Source: Phoronis australis
Lineage: Eukaryota > Animalia > Phoronida
DNA length: 64,000 bases
Direction: 5' to 3'
NCBI GenBank assembly: GCA_002633005.1
Contig: NMRA01000166.1
Location: forward strand, 634,381 to 698,380
Shown here: one piece after another, positions 14,552 to 25,793 of the stretch
How positions within the stretch are numbered: position 1 is the stretch's first letter
Layout of the letters: every line of letters starts with the position of its first letter
Program-made: the position numbers and the translations under genes
Notes under the pieces: generated by a model
The model's database searches: none
The model's input: the letters and a program-made list of their open reading frames with translations, nothing else
Told to the model about the DNA's origin: nothing

Positions 14552-15364
14552 TAGGCTTGAGTGAACAGAGCTTACATATCACAAAACTATCTTAGCGCGT
14601 GTTCGACAATAATTAACGCTTTGGTGACTCGGCCAAACTTCACTCCGAGTTTTAATGCAATGAAAGTAGGATGCCGTGAAAATGTTCAGTCGTTCTGGTT
14701 TTCAAGGTAAGATTGGTATGATTGCTTAAAAATGTGTTACCTGCAAACGCGTTCTAAGAAATGACAAGAAGATTTAGTATGTTTAAAAAAATGTTAAACT
14801 CGCCAATTGATCGGTTGAATACGGCGCGCAGTGAAGTTAGTGATGAATGATCACAGTGGAGGAAAGAATTTTAATCGTCAATGCATACACCCGTATGGTT
14901 TTTGGCTGTTGAAACACAGATTCAGTTCCTTAAAATTCCGTTAGAGAAGACGAAGAACCGATTTGGTGACAAAAATGTTTCTCGAGCTCTATTTGTATAA
15001 ATATTATAACGTCGAACGGAAAGTGACGAATACTGTATCGAATGATCGGGGTTTTAAGCGCTTCAAATAAGCTATATGATCATGTGATCATATATGAAGG
15101 TGTACTACACTGCCGTGATAATACAACACAAAGAGGCACGCCCTTCCTACTCACTGTCAGGAACGCAAATTCTAAACCACTCACAGTATGCCAACAGGAT
15201 AAGGAAACTAAAATTTTGTGACCAGTAAATGTTCGAGTGAATCTATATTTTAAATAATTTCCACCGTGTTCAGTCCACACGTAGGAAGGAAGTATCACTT
15301 TTATACAGCAGTGAATATTTAAAGGTAACGATAAACATCAGCTTTGGGCGTTCTATTTTTGCAG

Positions 15365-15536
15365 GTCAGGAATGGTGTACAGCACGAATGCGAGTACCTC
15401 TTCAAGTAATTTATACGTTTGCTTTCATTCTGGGATTGCTGGTGTTTGGCGTCATCGCGTATTTTGTCAGGGACTGGAAAAGCCTCTCTCTCATAATTGG
15501 CATACCCAAGATACCTGCAGTGATTATTTATTACAT
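15365..15536 (+). CDS. SLC22-family transporter, exon 4
   Basis: ttttgcag acceptor, gtaagt donor; QEWCTARMRVPLQVIYTFAFILGLLVFGVIAYFVRDWKSLSLIIGIPKIPAVIIYY (AYFVRDW motif); phases 1/2 fit the neighbours. Confidence 0.9.
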
Positions 15537-15597
15537 GTAAGTCATAGTGTGCAAGTGGCTATAAATCCGCCTTTCTTTGCAAATAACAACTTTTGAT

Positions 15598-15878
15598 TTA
15601 AACCAATAAACCGTTATGCTCTCAAATTGCTCCTTGGTCTAAGAGTAGGTTTCATCGAAAAACTGACAGTTCGTTATTGCTTGGGCGCAGGCTCTACAAG
15701 TCAACTTGTCACGTTGTAAGGTTTTACAATACGACGACGGTTTCAAGGAAAAACGAGCCGTCAGTTCTTTGTAAACACAGAAAGTGAATGCTTAACAAAC
15801 TAAGACCAAATCTATAACGGTAAGTGGTCTAAATAAAAAGTTCGTTGTTTGAACGGAACGAGGCATTATAGCCGGTTA
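15598..15878. repeat. Short interspersed MITE-like repeat, related to ~22915-23220
   Basis: Shared CAGGCTCT.CAA.T.AACTTGTCACG and GGTAAGT.GTCTAAAT blocks; TTAA at the ends. Confidence 0.55.
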
Positions 15879-16029
15879 AAATCAAAATTAATAAAATGTA
15901 AATTACAAAAATTCTGACAAAGTTCTTATACTGATGATGGTATTGAGAGTGCGTAAAAAGCTTCTGGAAGCAACAATGGGACTATTGCCATAATCACCGT
16001 TATTAAACCCGTAGTCAGTCAGCTGCAGC

Positions 16030-17150
16030 ATGATCTGCACTGTCATTACCACCATCACAGCAATCACCTTCATCATTCCCATCAACACCACTACCATCAC
16101 CATCACTACCACCATCCTGATTACCACCCCACCTCAAACATCACCATCACAACTATGATCCCCACCACCATTTCCAACACCATCTCCACAACTATCATCG
16201 AAATTATCATCACCGTCTCCGTCACCATATTTATCAACACTACCACCATAACTACCATCATTATTACCACCACAATTGCCATCCCCATTCCACCACATCA
16301 ACACCACCATTATCACAACTGTCATTACCATCCCAATCAACATCATCCCACCAACGTCACCACCCCAGCATCACTCACTCCCACAACCATCACTACCGCC
16401 CGCACCACCATAACTACAATTACCATCCTGAACAACATCACCACCACAATCACTACTACCATCCCCACCAAAACTATTGTCACCATCTCCACGTGCATCA
16501 CTACGACAAAATATGATCAGCATTCCATCACCAGCACCACTGCCATCACCATAACTACCATCACCACAGCTACCAAAACCATCCCACTACAGCTACCAAC
16601 ACCAACATCGCCATAGCAATAAACGCAGATACCCTGCTGTAGTGGGGCGTAGGCGCACATAGGCGCAGCCAACCACCTTTTGGCATTTGAATGTAGCGCC
16701 TAAGTTACGTTCAGGGCTAAAAGTGATACGGTGGGGTTTGAGCGCCCACTTACCTCTAATTTTATCACTACAGCACTGCGCAGATACCATCCCCATCACT
16801 ACTAGAACTATAAGCATCCACACCATCTTCACGACCACCTTCCCGATCATCACTGTCGCCGCCTACACCATCTATATCACCATCACCACCGGCAACACCT
16901 CCACCACAAATACCTTCATCGTCATTAAACACGTAGTCAAAATGCAAAATTAAGAACAGCAGCGCCATACGTACTACAACTACAACCATCATCGCCACCA
17001 CTGTCATCGTTATCACCACCACCACCTCAACTACGTCTTCCGCGCCACCATCAACACCATCACCATGAACATCTTCATTAAACACGTACACAAAGGCACC
17101 AGCAGTGACAACAACAGTAATGTTGCCACTGTTGAACAATGATAATAATC
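16030..17150. repeat. Degenerate (CAC/CAT/ACC)n low-complexity tract
   Basis: Visible trinucleotide-like repeat; explains the Thr/Ile- and Val/Met/Gly-rich spurious ORFs. Confidence 0.9.
16632..16778. mobile_element. hAT-type MITE with 8-bp TSD
   Basis: TIR C(C/A)(C/G)TGCTGTAGTG...CACTACAGCACTG; CGCAGATA duplicated at 16624-16631 and 16779-16786. Confidence 0.85.
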
Positions 17151-17233
17151 ACTGTCACTGTAAGCAAAACGTAACACCCAGTGCCTGTGAGCCAATTCTG
17201 AATGTTAATGATTATCGTTCTCTTTTGTTGCAG

Positions 17234-17366
17234 TTGGTGTTACCCCTCGCCAAGATGGCTGATGGCGAATGGCCGGTACGATGAAGCACTTGAAGAACTT
17301 CACAGAGCTGCCAACAGGAACGGAAAGCCGCTGCCGAAAGACTTTGACATCCGAGCGATATCTGTC
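17234..17366 (+). CDS. SLC22-family transporter, exon 5
   Basis: ttgttgcag acceptor; WCYPSPRWLMANGRYDEALEELHRAANRNGK (PESPRWL-type loop); GTC|gtgcgt donor, phase 0. Confidence 0.88.
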
Positions 17367-17517
17367 GTGCGTGAATCTTGCACACTTTAATTTTAAAACA
17401 TTTATCTACTGTTCCTCTCTTACAAATTTTAAATGTAATCTTTGTATTTTCTTGTAGCAACCGCTCTCGAGAGCTTTCAAAACTCCCAGTTTAAGACTAT
17501 TTAATTTTTTTTTTCAG

Positions 17518-17812
17518 CCTAAGGCATATAAAGCTTCACTCATCGACCTAATACGAACACCAAACATGAGAAAAACAACATTGATTGTGTGGTACACGTG
17601 GTTTACGGTTGGATTTTTATACTACGTCTTGTCATACAGCGTCGGATACCTCTCTGGAAACATCTACGTCAACTACATCGTACTAAACAGTGTCATGTTG
17701 TTGCGTGTACCAATCCTCTCGTCACTTCATTTCGTCAATCGTCGAGTGGCATTAGTGCTATTTGCTTTTCTCACAGGCTTGGCTTTGCTTGCAGTAATGG
17801 CAACGGACGCAG
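17518..17812 (+). CDS. SLC22-family transporter, exon 6
   Basis: poly-T cag acceptor; PKAYKASLIDLIRTPNMRKTTLIVWYTWFTVGFLYYVLSYSVGYLSGNIYVN...; G|gtagga donor. Confidence 0.9.
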
Positions 17813-18699
17813 GTAGGAACAACAACGCCATACTGTACGCTTTAAAACGCACCTCTATTATTATAAAAATGTTCTCTTATCCAAACACGTTAACAAACCC
17901 ATTGCTCGCCTGCGTCTCATCTTTCTTGTAACGTGAGACCAATCTGTTACAGTAATAAAGATGATCACGATAATACCGGCAGCAATTTACGTTAACGTAA
18001 AAATGTGATAGTGTTGCTTTTCAAAAATTCATACAACTCCATGAGCTTGAAACGACGTTGCATCAATTTTAGTAGAATAAAAGCAGTTGTGAATTTGTGT
18101 TTATTTTCAACTTCCGAAACTTCTTAAGGTACTCTGAAGACAGTCAACCTAACACCTAAAATGTTTTACTTTATATGCGCTAATTACGAAGCGACACCGA
18201 AGCTACTTTACAGTGAAACCACACGTGTAGGTGAGATAAAATATATATATATATATATATTATGACAAACTAAACTACTACAGATATGGATAAATACAAA
18301 TATATATTGAGCTGCAAAAGGTGGGTGACAATCTGCCACAGATGCTGGAAGAGACATGTTTGTGTTTGATAACTTAAGAACCAGACTACAATTTTATCAT
18401 CCAGAAGGGGAAATTCAGTTCATCACTCAATATCAAACGACGTTTTTTATTAAGAATCATTCTTTCTTAATGAAGTAGGAACAAATGAAGGCCAATTTGA
18501 TACGAGGAGGGCTGGGGGGAATGCGGCCCGCCTCACGCGACTTGTTCGTGGGTAGGCGGCTATTTTTCTTCGAAAGATGCAGTTAGCACTCCATTGCGAC
18601 ATCCTAAATCCAACCGCTAGTGAACGTTTTTGGCAGTAGGTCTATTTCAGTAAAAATGTAGCTTGATAGGTAACTACACTTCTTCGTTGAAACACTGTT

Positions 18700-19470
18700 T
18701 TTCAGCCCATGAAATCGTCAACTTGTACCGTATGATTATAAAAACCTGTTACTTTAGGTCCCTTGAAATACTAATTTTCAACCAGCGACGTCATCAGTTA
18801 GCAAGTCATCGGTAATCACAAAAAGGTGCTAGAAAGGTCTGTTTGAAATATTTATTTTCATCCCATGAAATCACCAGTTTGCAAGTCCTCAATGATCTCA
18901 AAAAGGTGTTACCAAGGGTCCTTTTTTAATTAATTTTCAACCCCTAAAATCGTCAACTTGCGAGTCTTCGATAATCACAACAACGTGTACTTAAAGTTCT
19001 TTGGAAGTACTGAATTGCATCCGATGAAATTATTAATTTTCAAGTCCTCGGTAATCCCAAAACGTGTTGCCAAGGGTCTTTTGGGTAATTAATTTTCAAC
19101 CCGTGAAATCGTCAATTTGAAAATCTTTGATAGTCAAAAGAACTTGTTGCTAAAAGTCTTTTAAAGTACTCGTTTGCATACCATGAAACATATCAGTTTG
19201 CAAGTCCTCGGTGATCACAAAACGTGTTACCAAGGGTCCTTTGAAATAATGATTTTCAACTCATAAAATGATCAGTTTGCAAGTCCTCCATAATCACAAA
19301 AACATGCTACTAAGTTTTGTATTAAATACGGATTTTAACCTTTTAAATCATCTGTTTTCAATTTCTTCATGATCACAAAAACATTGCACTAAGCGCATTT
19401 AGGGTTATTTTGAGAAACTGAATTTTAAAGCACAGAATCATCGCTTTTTTAAGTCCCCTATGATCACAAA
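18700..19470. repeat. Degenerate ~79-bp minisatellite, ~9-10 units
   Basis: Recurring TTTCAACCCATGAAATCGTCA..TTGCAAGTCCTC...ATCACAAAA.GTGTTACCAAGGGTC in SLC22 intron 6. Confidence 0.85.
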
Positions 19471-19911
19471 AACGTAAGACGCAAGAAATGATATAAATTC
19501 TGTGTCTGTAAATTTTGTTTAGCTATGGCCTTATAATCCGCTATCAAAACAGATCAACGTTTCTTAAAATATAAGGAAAGCCTTACGAAATTTGGCAAAC
19601 ATGCCCTTTAAAGCAAAAGGCTGCGAGGATGTTCAAACTCCTCAACTAACAAACAACTTTTTTATGCTGGAAAAAGAGTCGGCCAATGTAGTAATAGTTT
19701 AAGAGGTGTCCATCCGTGATGTGTTGATCATATTATTATCAGTATATTTTGAAAGCAAGTATCACTTCCTTGTCTGTTGATGCCGGTCTCCACATTTTAC
19801 TATAGGACGCATGATTCTGATGATCAAATTTCAAGTCGGGACGTGCACATGGGCTTGTGCGATGTTTTGCTATTACACTATTCACATAACATAATTCAAT
19901 TCCACCCATAG

Positions 19912-20090
19912 GCTCCTCTGTTCGACTGGTGCTGGCCTCTACCGGAACCTTGTGCAGCGGCTCAGTATTTGGTCTCATCTATCTCTACTCAGTTGAGGTC
20001 TATCCCACGTCCATTAGGACCATAGGGCTCGGCATTGGATCAATGTGGGCGCGCGTTGGAACCATGCTGTCGCCTTACGTGGTTTTACTT
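19912..20090 (+). CDS. SLC22-family transporter, exon 7
   Basis: SSVRLVLASTGTLCSGSVFGLIYLYSVEVYPTSIRTIGLGIGSMWARVGTMLSPYVVLL (ELYPT-type motif); CTT|gtaagg donor. Confidence 0.93.
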
Positions 20091-21214
20091 GTAAGGGTCT
20101 TTTGTTTTCCTCGTTTATTGCTAGATCAGGTGTACAACCAAGATTACTTTCATTATAAATGCAACGTTGTTATAACCAATTAAACATTTTAAGTTTTAGC
20201 ACTTGTATACCGTAGGGTCACGTATTAGCTTATTTTTTTCTAAGACGTTTTGACCCAGCGCTTTTTCCAAGCCTGCGCTTATTCAAAACCGGGCGCTTAC
20301 TCAACAAGGCCAGATTTGCGGACCCGGCGTTCACATACTGTTGACAGTTGTTACCAACAGCGTGGTATGTTTGATAACATTTTATGAATAAACATTGTTT
20401 TGAACAATGTTCGTTTCACTTGACGACCATAAACAGACGAGCTGGGAACTGGCTTTTACATGTTATGTACGTTTTTAAAAACAACCATTACGTCACTTAT
20501 GATTTTTAACGCTTGCGACGCATCTATTCATTAATTCCAAGTGTTTTGTTCATATTTACATTTAGTAAGCAGTCGGCCCTATACTATCCTGTAAAAAGTA
20601 AAATACAGTCGGAGTTGTTCTTTCAGTTAGTCTTGAATTTTTAAATGGCTTTTACTCGGGAGCTTACTTTGCGATGCTGCCCCTTATTAAAGGACAGATG
20701 CTAACATGTGACATTGCGAAATGTATAAAACATCGACAAGTTGCAAGAATCACCCTCCAAAAACCTTTGCTAAACCATATCGTTGTGCTCGCAGCATTCG
20801 TGATAATAGGTGACAGGTAATCGTTTATGTTTACTAATTCCTGTGCCCTGATTAGATGGAACGTACATGAAGTGGGATTGACATGTCCCAAATATTCTTT
20901 GCCTAGGCCAATTCGAATCAGTGATAGCCTGAGCGAATGAATCGATGGATTTATTCTTTATTATACTACACAGGCTTGTAAAACACCGTAAATGGGGAAA
21001 GGCCTAAACCAATACAGGATACATGAACGTAAGAAGCTCTATAGAACAACACTAAAGACAGAATTCTGTGCCCCTGATTGAAAAGCTGCCATTGCACCAA
21101 TTGTCGAAAGTGAATAAATATACTTAAAAAGGGCAATTACTAAATTTCCGTGAAAATCTGATGGTTTGAAAATGTTTCTTTGAAATCAACTGAAAGTCCA
21201 TGTATCTCTTACAG

Positions 21215-21369
21215 TCTGAAATATCAACGGTTTTACCCTACGTCATTTGTGGTGGACTTGCCATCCTGCTAGCTCTCTTGTTCACAGTAGTGCCGGAAAC
21301 TCGAAACAAGCCACTTTGTGACACCATCGAGGAGGCTGAAAAAGTCAACAAGTTGTTTTTCCGGCTAAG
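21215..21369 (+). CDS. SLC22-family transporter, exon 8
   Basis: ctcttacag acceptor; LPYVICGGLAILLALLFTVVPETRNKPLCDTIEEAE (PET...L.DTIEE motif); AG|gtaatc donor. Confidence 0.9.
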
Positions 21370-21791
21370 GTAATCCATAGACTAATCTTAAGAAGATATT
21401 TTCTACCTGTATGCTTAAACAAGATATACCATAATTTTGCCGAGATCTGCATGCAAGCAATTCAGGCTCGAAAAAGTATTCAATTCTCATACAACAGAGT
21501 GGGTTTGTACAAATTAGCGGAAATGAGGCCTATATCCAAGACGTACGCAGATATCAGGTTTGCCTGAATCGATAACATTACATTAGAGGTAAAAGAAAAC
21601 TCGAAACTTCCCACTGGGAACGACCCCTGATTATTGGCTTGCAAATGACTATGCGGAGGGAAAAAATCACCCGACTAAGATTGAATATGTCTAAAACACG
21701 ACACTCGCGTGTTTCCGCCTGGTTGCCGTTCATTTACGGGTGCTTGTGCTGACGAAATGATAACCTTTTCATTCAAGCAACTTGTTTACAG

Positions 21792-21858
21792 AGAGCCAAA
21801 AGAAAAGAAAAAGGAAGTCTACAATGCTATAGTGCGAGATGTATTGGAAGATGTGTAA
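21792..21858 (+). CDS. SLC22-family transporter, probable terminal exon 9
   Basis: ttgtttacag acceptor in phase 2, EPKEKKKEVYNAIVRDVLEDV*; the nine exons sum to 1689 nt (562 aa + stop). Confidence 0.65.
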
Positions 21859-23219
21859 CTCTTAATTTTTGTCAATTGTGAGAAGTTGCAAGTATGCGGT
21901 ATCTTTTACTTCGATGTGATAGCTAGGGTCAGTTTATCGTCTACCACATTAAGAGCAGCACAATTCTTCATAAAAAGTAGAATACAAGCAGTAAAGATTT
22001 GTTTTGTCATGATTTAATTGGAAACACGCACATTTGACAGCAAGTGATAGTGATGCCAGAGTACGAGGGTGCACATCTTGTAGCTGTTTTGTTCCTGTTA
22101 CGTTTATAATGTGGTTGGCGCCTAGAACAAGTACATCTGTGATAAACTGCCTATGGCTTCTCCAACTGGAATTAAATTTCGCCCACGACGTCAAGTCGTC
22201 CCGTTTCCACTAACTTTTCACAGAAACAAATCTCTCTTGGATCTGCATGCAGTAAGTTTTAGTGTAAGCTTACAGTAGGCGACTAAGCGAATAGGAACTG
22301 TTATGTGTATGTTGATTCAAGGATACCGACCCAGGTTCTACGGCATTCCAACCAACGCTTGTAAAACACTGTCCACGACACATTGAGACTAGGTTATTTT
22401 CACGCTTATTTTAAGACGTTACGGACATATTTTCTATAAGGTCGCGAATATTAGACTTTAGGTGTAGCCATACACTATTACCGTAGGTGGGAGCTATATA
22501 ATATCACACTATATTGTTATTCCATGCATTTATTAATGAACGCTTAGTGTTTTATACAATTGATAATTAAATTGGTGGTATTAAGAAAATAGGGCCTCGT
22601 GAAAGAAAGGTTGGTTTGCCTTTTTTACTTGCACGACTAAATGAGCTTTTGGCTAACTAAATAAACATAACCGTTTGATGACACTGTTCGCATCCTACTT
22701 AGCAGGCTACGTTAGTCACATCTCCTGTGTATAACATCTAGTGAGACTTTCAGGTGTGAAGTTACATTGCTCATCTTCTACGACAGCTGGTTGGCGTTGG
22801 AGAATTACTCTACATTATTGTTATGAGGAATATACTATTTAATGCTTAGAGCTCTGCACTTTTTATTAAAGCAGTATTAAACCCGCATTACGTCACAAAA
22901 AACAACTTTTGTTTTAAGCCAGTTACCGTTATGAAATCGGTCTCAAATTGTTTCTTTGTCAAAAAAATACGATTTCTGTGTTTGGAAACAACTGACAGTT
23001 TGTTGTTGCTTGAGACCAGGCTCTGCAAATTAACTTGTCACGGCGTGTCACTTCATTTGCCCAGTATCGTCTCGAGTAATAAAAAATTGTCAGTTCATTG
23101 CAAGACCAAAAATCATGTTTTATTAATTTCAGTCGGAAAAAATTGACACATATTTTCTAGTGGTAAGTAGTCTAAATCAAAATTAATGTCTTTGGCGGAT
23201 GGCGGGCTTATAGTCGCTT

Positions 23220-23710
23220 TTATTAAAAAACAACCACGGTTTTAAATCGACATGTTTCGGTGTTATTTATTCAGAAGAGAGAATATAGTGGCCACCTAGC
23301 TAGGCCGAGCAACAAGTGATGAAACACAGATACAATCAGTTACATGGAGTGACAATAAACTAGACCAACAATGACAACCTGTGGTGTGCCAGTTGCCTAT
23401 TGCGATTGGGCTTGCACCAACTGATGTGTAGAGCCTCACGAATTTTAAGCTCCTTTGTTGTTTCTGCCTGGTCTATTATTGCAAAGTCATTGAAAGAGCA
23501 CTGCTGATAACAATGATTGGAGCTCTGTAGATGAATAATAATAATGGTCAAGTTTATTGTCACTCCCTGTAACTGACTGTGTTTGTGTTTCATCACTTGT
23601 TGCTGGGCCTAGCTAGGTGGCCACCACATTCTCTCTTCTGATGATGGTGTTTGAATAAATGACACCGAAACATGTCAAGTCGATTTAAAACCGTGGTTGC
23701 TTTTATTAAT
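23220..23710 (-). mobile_element. 5'-truncated Penelope-like retroelement with inverted pseudo-LTR
   Basis: Minus-strand peptide HLQSSNHC...FAIIDQAETTKELKIREALHISWCKPNRNRQ resembles the PLE GIY-YIG C-terminus; ~23220-23366 and ~23546-23710 are inverted copies. Confidence 0.85.
23635..23679 (+). ncRNA. Minimal type I hammerhead ribozyme (Penelope pLTR type)
   Basis: CTT-CTGATGA-T-GGTGT(loop)ACACC-GAAA-CATGTC-AAG: intact core, stem II GGTGT/ACACC, palindromic ACATGT stem III, GUC cleavage triplet, short stem I CTT/AAG. Confidence 0.75.
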
Positions 23711-24341
23711 ATATGATGCTACTTGCCATCATGGAGATCTTATAGTTGCTTTAAAGTGCGCGTGTGTAGAAGACAGCCAGTCAATCTGAGCGCCTCCTCT
23801 ATGATATTTCTAATTTGTTTGAGACTTGTCTCGTGGGTCACTTTCAGTAAATGGTGAAAAAAGGTCATGAAGACACGGTCCCATCAAATTGTGCATTTGG
23901 TAGGCGAGGGCCAAATCTAGAGATTGTGATTTGAATTAAATATCCTATGTGTTGTTTATTAATATAAAAGCAAATCGTATTGTCAGTGTCATAAGCAGAC
24001 ATGATTATTTTAAAACTACATTTTGCAAAGGATTATGTACGTATTATTAAATGATTTACAAAATACTAGTGTTCATGAGTTCTTCTTTCCTTAGATGTCA
24101 CAGAGCTTGCTTGCTCTGAATTTGGTCAGGTCGCTACAATAAGTCAATAGCTCGGTCTTGACATACAAGTGAACAAGTGTCATAGTTCCTTTCACACACG
24201 CCTTGCGAGTAAAGCGGGGAGCCTAAAACATAAGGTTTGTTATTTTATAGCCCATTTTCACATCGGGCACTGATACCTCAATCTCACGTCATTAATTATT
24301 CGCTCAAAAGAGTGACTTGATTTTATCCCTATACCTTGAAA

Positions 24342-25439
24342 ATGGTAGGCTTAGTCTTGCTACCTCCTATGGTTACACTAATCTCATCTTCAGCACCAAG
24401 CCTGAATCTCCATTGCATAATTCCGTCAGGTCCCCAATGGTCAACACTGACAGACTCACACCAGTCTGTCCCAAACGGTACCGAAATCGTTTACAAATGC
24501 AACGAAAGCTACAACGTTGAGTTAGGTGATAGTGCATCAAGTAAACAACGTACGAACAGGAATGCCAGTCGTCAATATCTAACCTGCGTGCAGAGCAACG
24601 GCACAGCACTGATGAAACCGTCCACTCTAAAAGAGTGCATACAAAGGAATTCATCTCTGCTCGACTGTAGTGTCCCTCCAAACCCACCTCGATCTCAGTT
24701 GAGCAATAGAACTCACGCCATCGAGCAAGGAAGGGCTATTAACAACCAAAGTCGTTTACATTACCAATGCAACCCAGGAACCCACGTGGGCTCGGGTGTG
24801 ACAACATTTTCAATAATGTGCTTAGTACTGAACAACCAGACTTCGTGGATTCCGGCGAATCATAGCGGATGCGTCGCTATGGAAACAAAACATAGGCGCG
24901 TTACCCAGTGTAACATTGATTATGCTGGATTTGTTGAAAGTCCCCCTTCAATTGATACACTGTTTATTACGTTGGCTATTAACATTATATTGGCTGCTAC
25001 ACTGGCAGCTTTGTCTTACATAATAACCGATGTAAAACCTCCACCGGCGGTCAAATCTTCTCTTGGAAAACCTAAAAAGGAGTTTCCCCTTCAATCCAAA
25101 AAACCGATAGTTGTCTGGCGTCCTAGTATTAACAACAAACTTCTCGGGGATCTTCGACAGTCTCCAACACATGGTCACATCAGTAAGGAATCGGATCTTT
25201 CACTGGGGCCAGAGCAAAGCATACCGCACAATCCCACGAATGTCGCTAAGCTAACTGAAAAACAAGCATACAATATTGAAGAAATTTTTAAAAGAAGGCT
25301 CTCAAACCTGAATGATATTCATGATTTAGAAGGCGGGAACGTTGGCCTGGAAAGGCCTCTTCTGAACCCCGTGCCAGAAGATGGAGACAGCTTCCTTTGC
25401 TCCAAACGCCACGCGAGGCCGGAATACTTTGGAAAATAA
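24342..25439 (+). CDS. Intronless type I membrane glycoprotein with two sushi/CCP-like domains
   Basis: 365 aa from the first ATG; hydrophobic N-terminus; two 4-Cys modules (C..P..P...GT.I.Y.C..Y...LTC...C and C..PP.P...L.Y.C.PG...I.C...W...C); TM segment TLFITLAINIILAATLAALSYII; long polar tail; many N-x-S/T sequons. Confidence 0.8.
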   Translation: MVGLVLLPPMVTLISSSAPSLNLHCIIPSGPQWSTLTDSHQSVPNGTEIVYKCNESYNVELGDSASSKQRTNRNASRQYLTCVQSNGTALMKPSTLKECIQRNSSLLDCSVPPNPPRSQLSNRTHAIEQGRAINNQSRLHYQCNPGTHVGSGVTTFSIMCLVLNNQTSWIPANHSGCVAMETKHRRVTQCNIDYAGFVESPPSIDTLFITLAINIILAATLAALSYIITDVKPPPAVKSSLGKPKKEFPLQSKKPIVVWRPSINNKLLGDLRQSPTHGHISKESDLSLGPEQSIPHNPTNVAKLTEKQAYNIEEIFKRRLSNLNDIHDLEGGNVGLERPLLNPVPEDGDSFLCSKRHARPEYFGK

Positions 25440-25627
25440 CGATGAAACAACTGATATCACTTTAGTCGAAAATATATTTTAATCAACAAAATATTCGGCT
25501 ATTATACTACTGTGAAGGTACTATTTTTTTCAAATCCTTCCTCTACGATCATGTTGGTCTGAGTTATTGCTAAAAATTTCTATAGTGTGTTATGTAGTCG
25601 ACTAAATTGCCCTAAACTATTGTGTGC

Positions 25628-25793
25628 CAGTGCTGTAGTGGTAAAATTAGAGGTAAGTAGGTGCCCAAAGCCCACCGCATCACCTTGAGCACTGAACGTA
25701 ACTTACAGTGCGTAGGCGCTACGTTCAAATGCCAAAAGGTAGTTGGCTGCGCCAACGTGCGCTTACGTGCGCCTACGCCCCACTACAGCACTG
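25628..25793. mobile_element. hAT-type MITE, second copy of the 16632-16778 family (opposite orientation)
   Basis: Perfect 13-bp TIR CAGTGCTGTAGTG/CACTACAGCACTG; flanks TTGTGTGC / CTGTGTGC (8-bp TSD, 1 mismatch). Confidence 0.85.

Noticed and set aside
15903-17139. Mucin-like Thr-rich and Val/Gly/Asp-rich ORFs
   Set aside because: Products of an intronic low-complexity tract interrupted by a MITE.
18700-19470. CRISPR-like periodicity
   Set aside because: Whole units are homologous with no unique spacers; eukaryotic intron; no cas genes.
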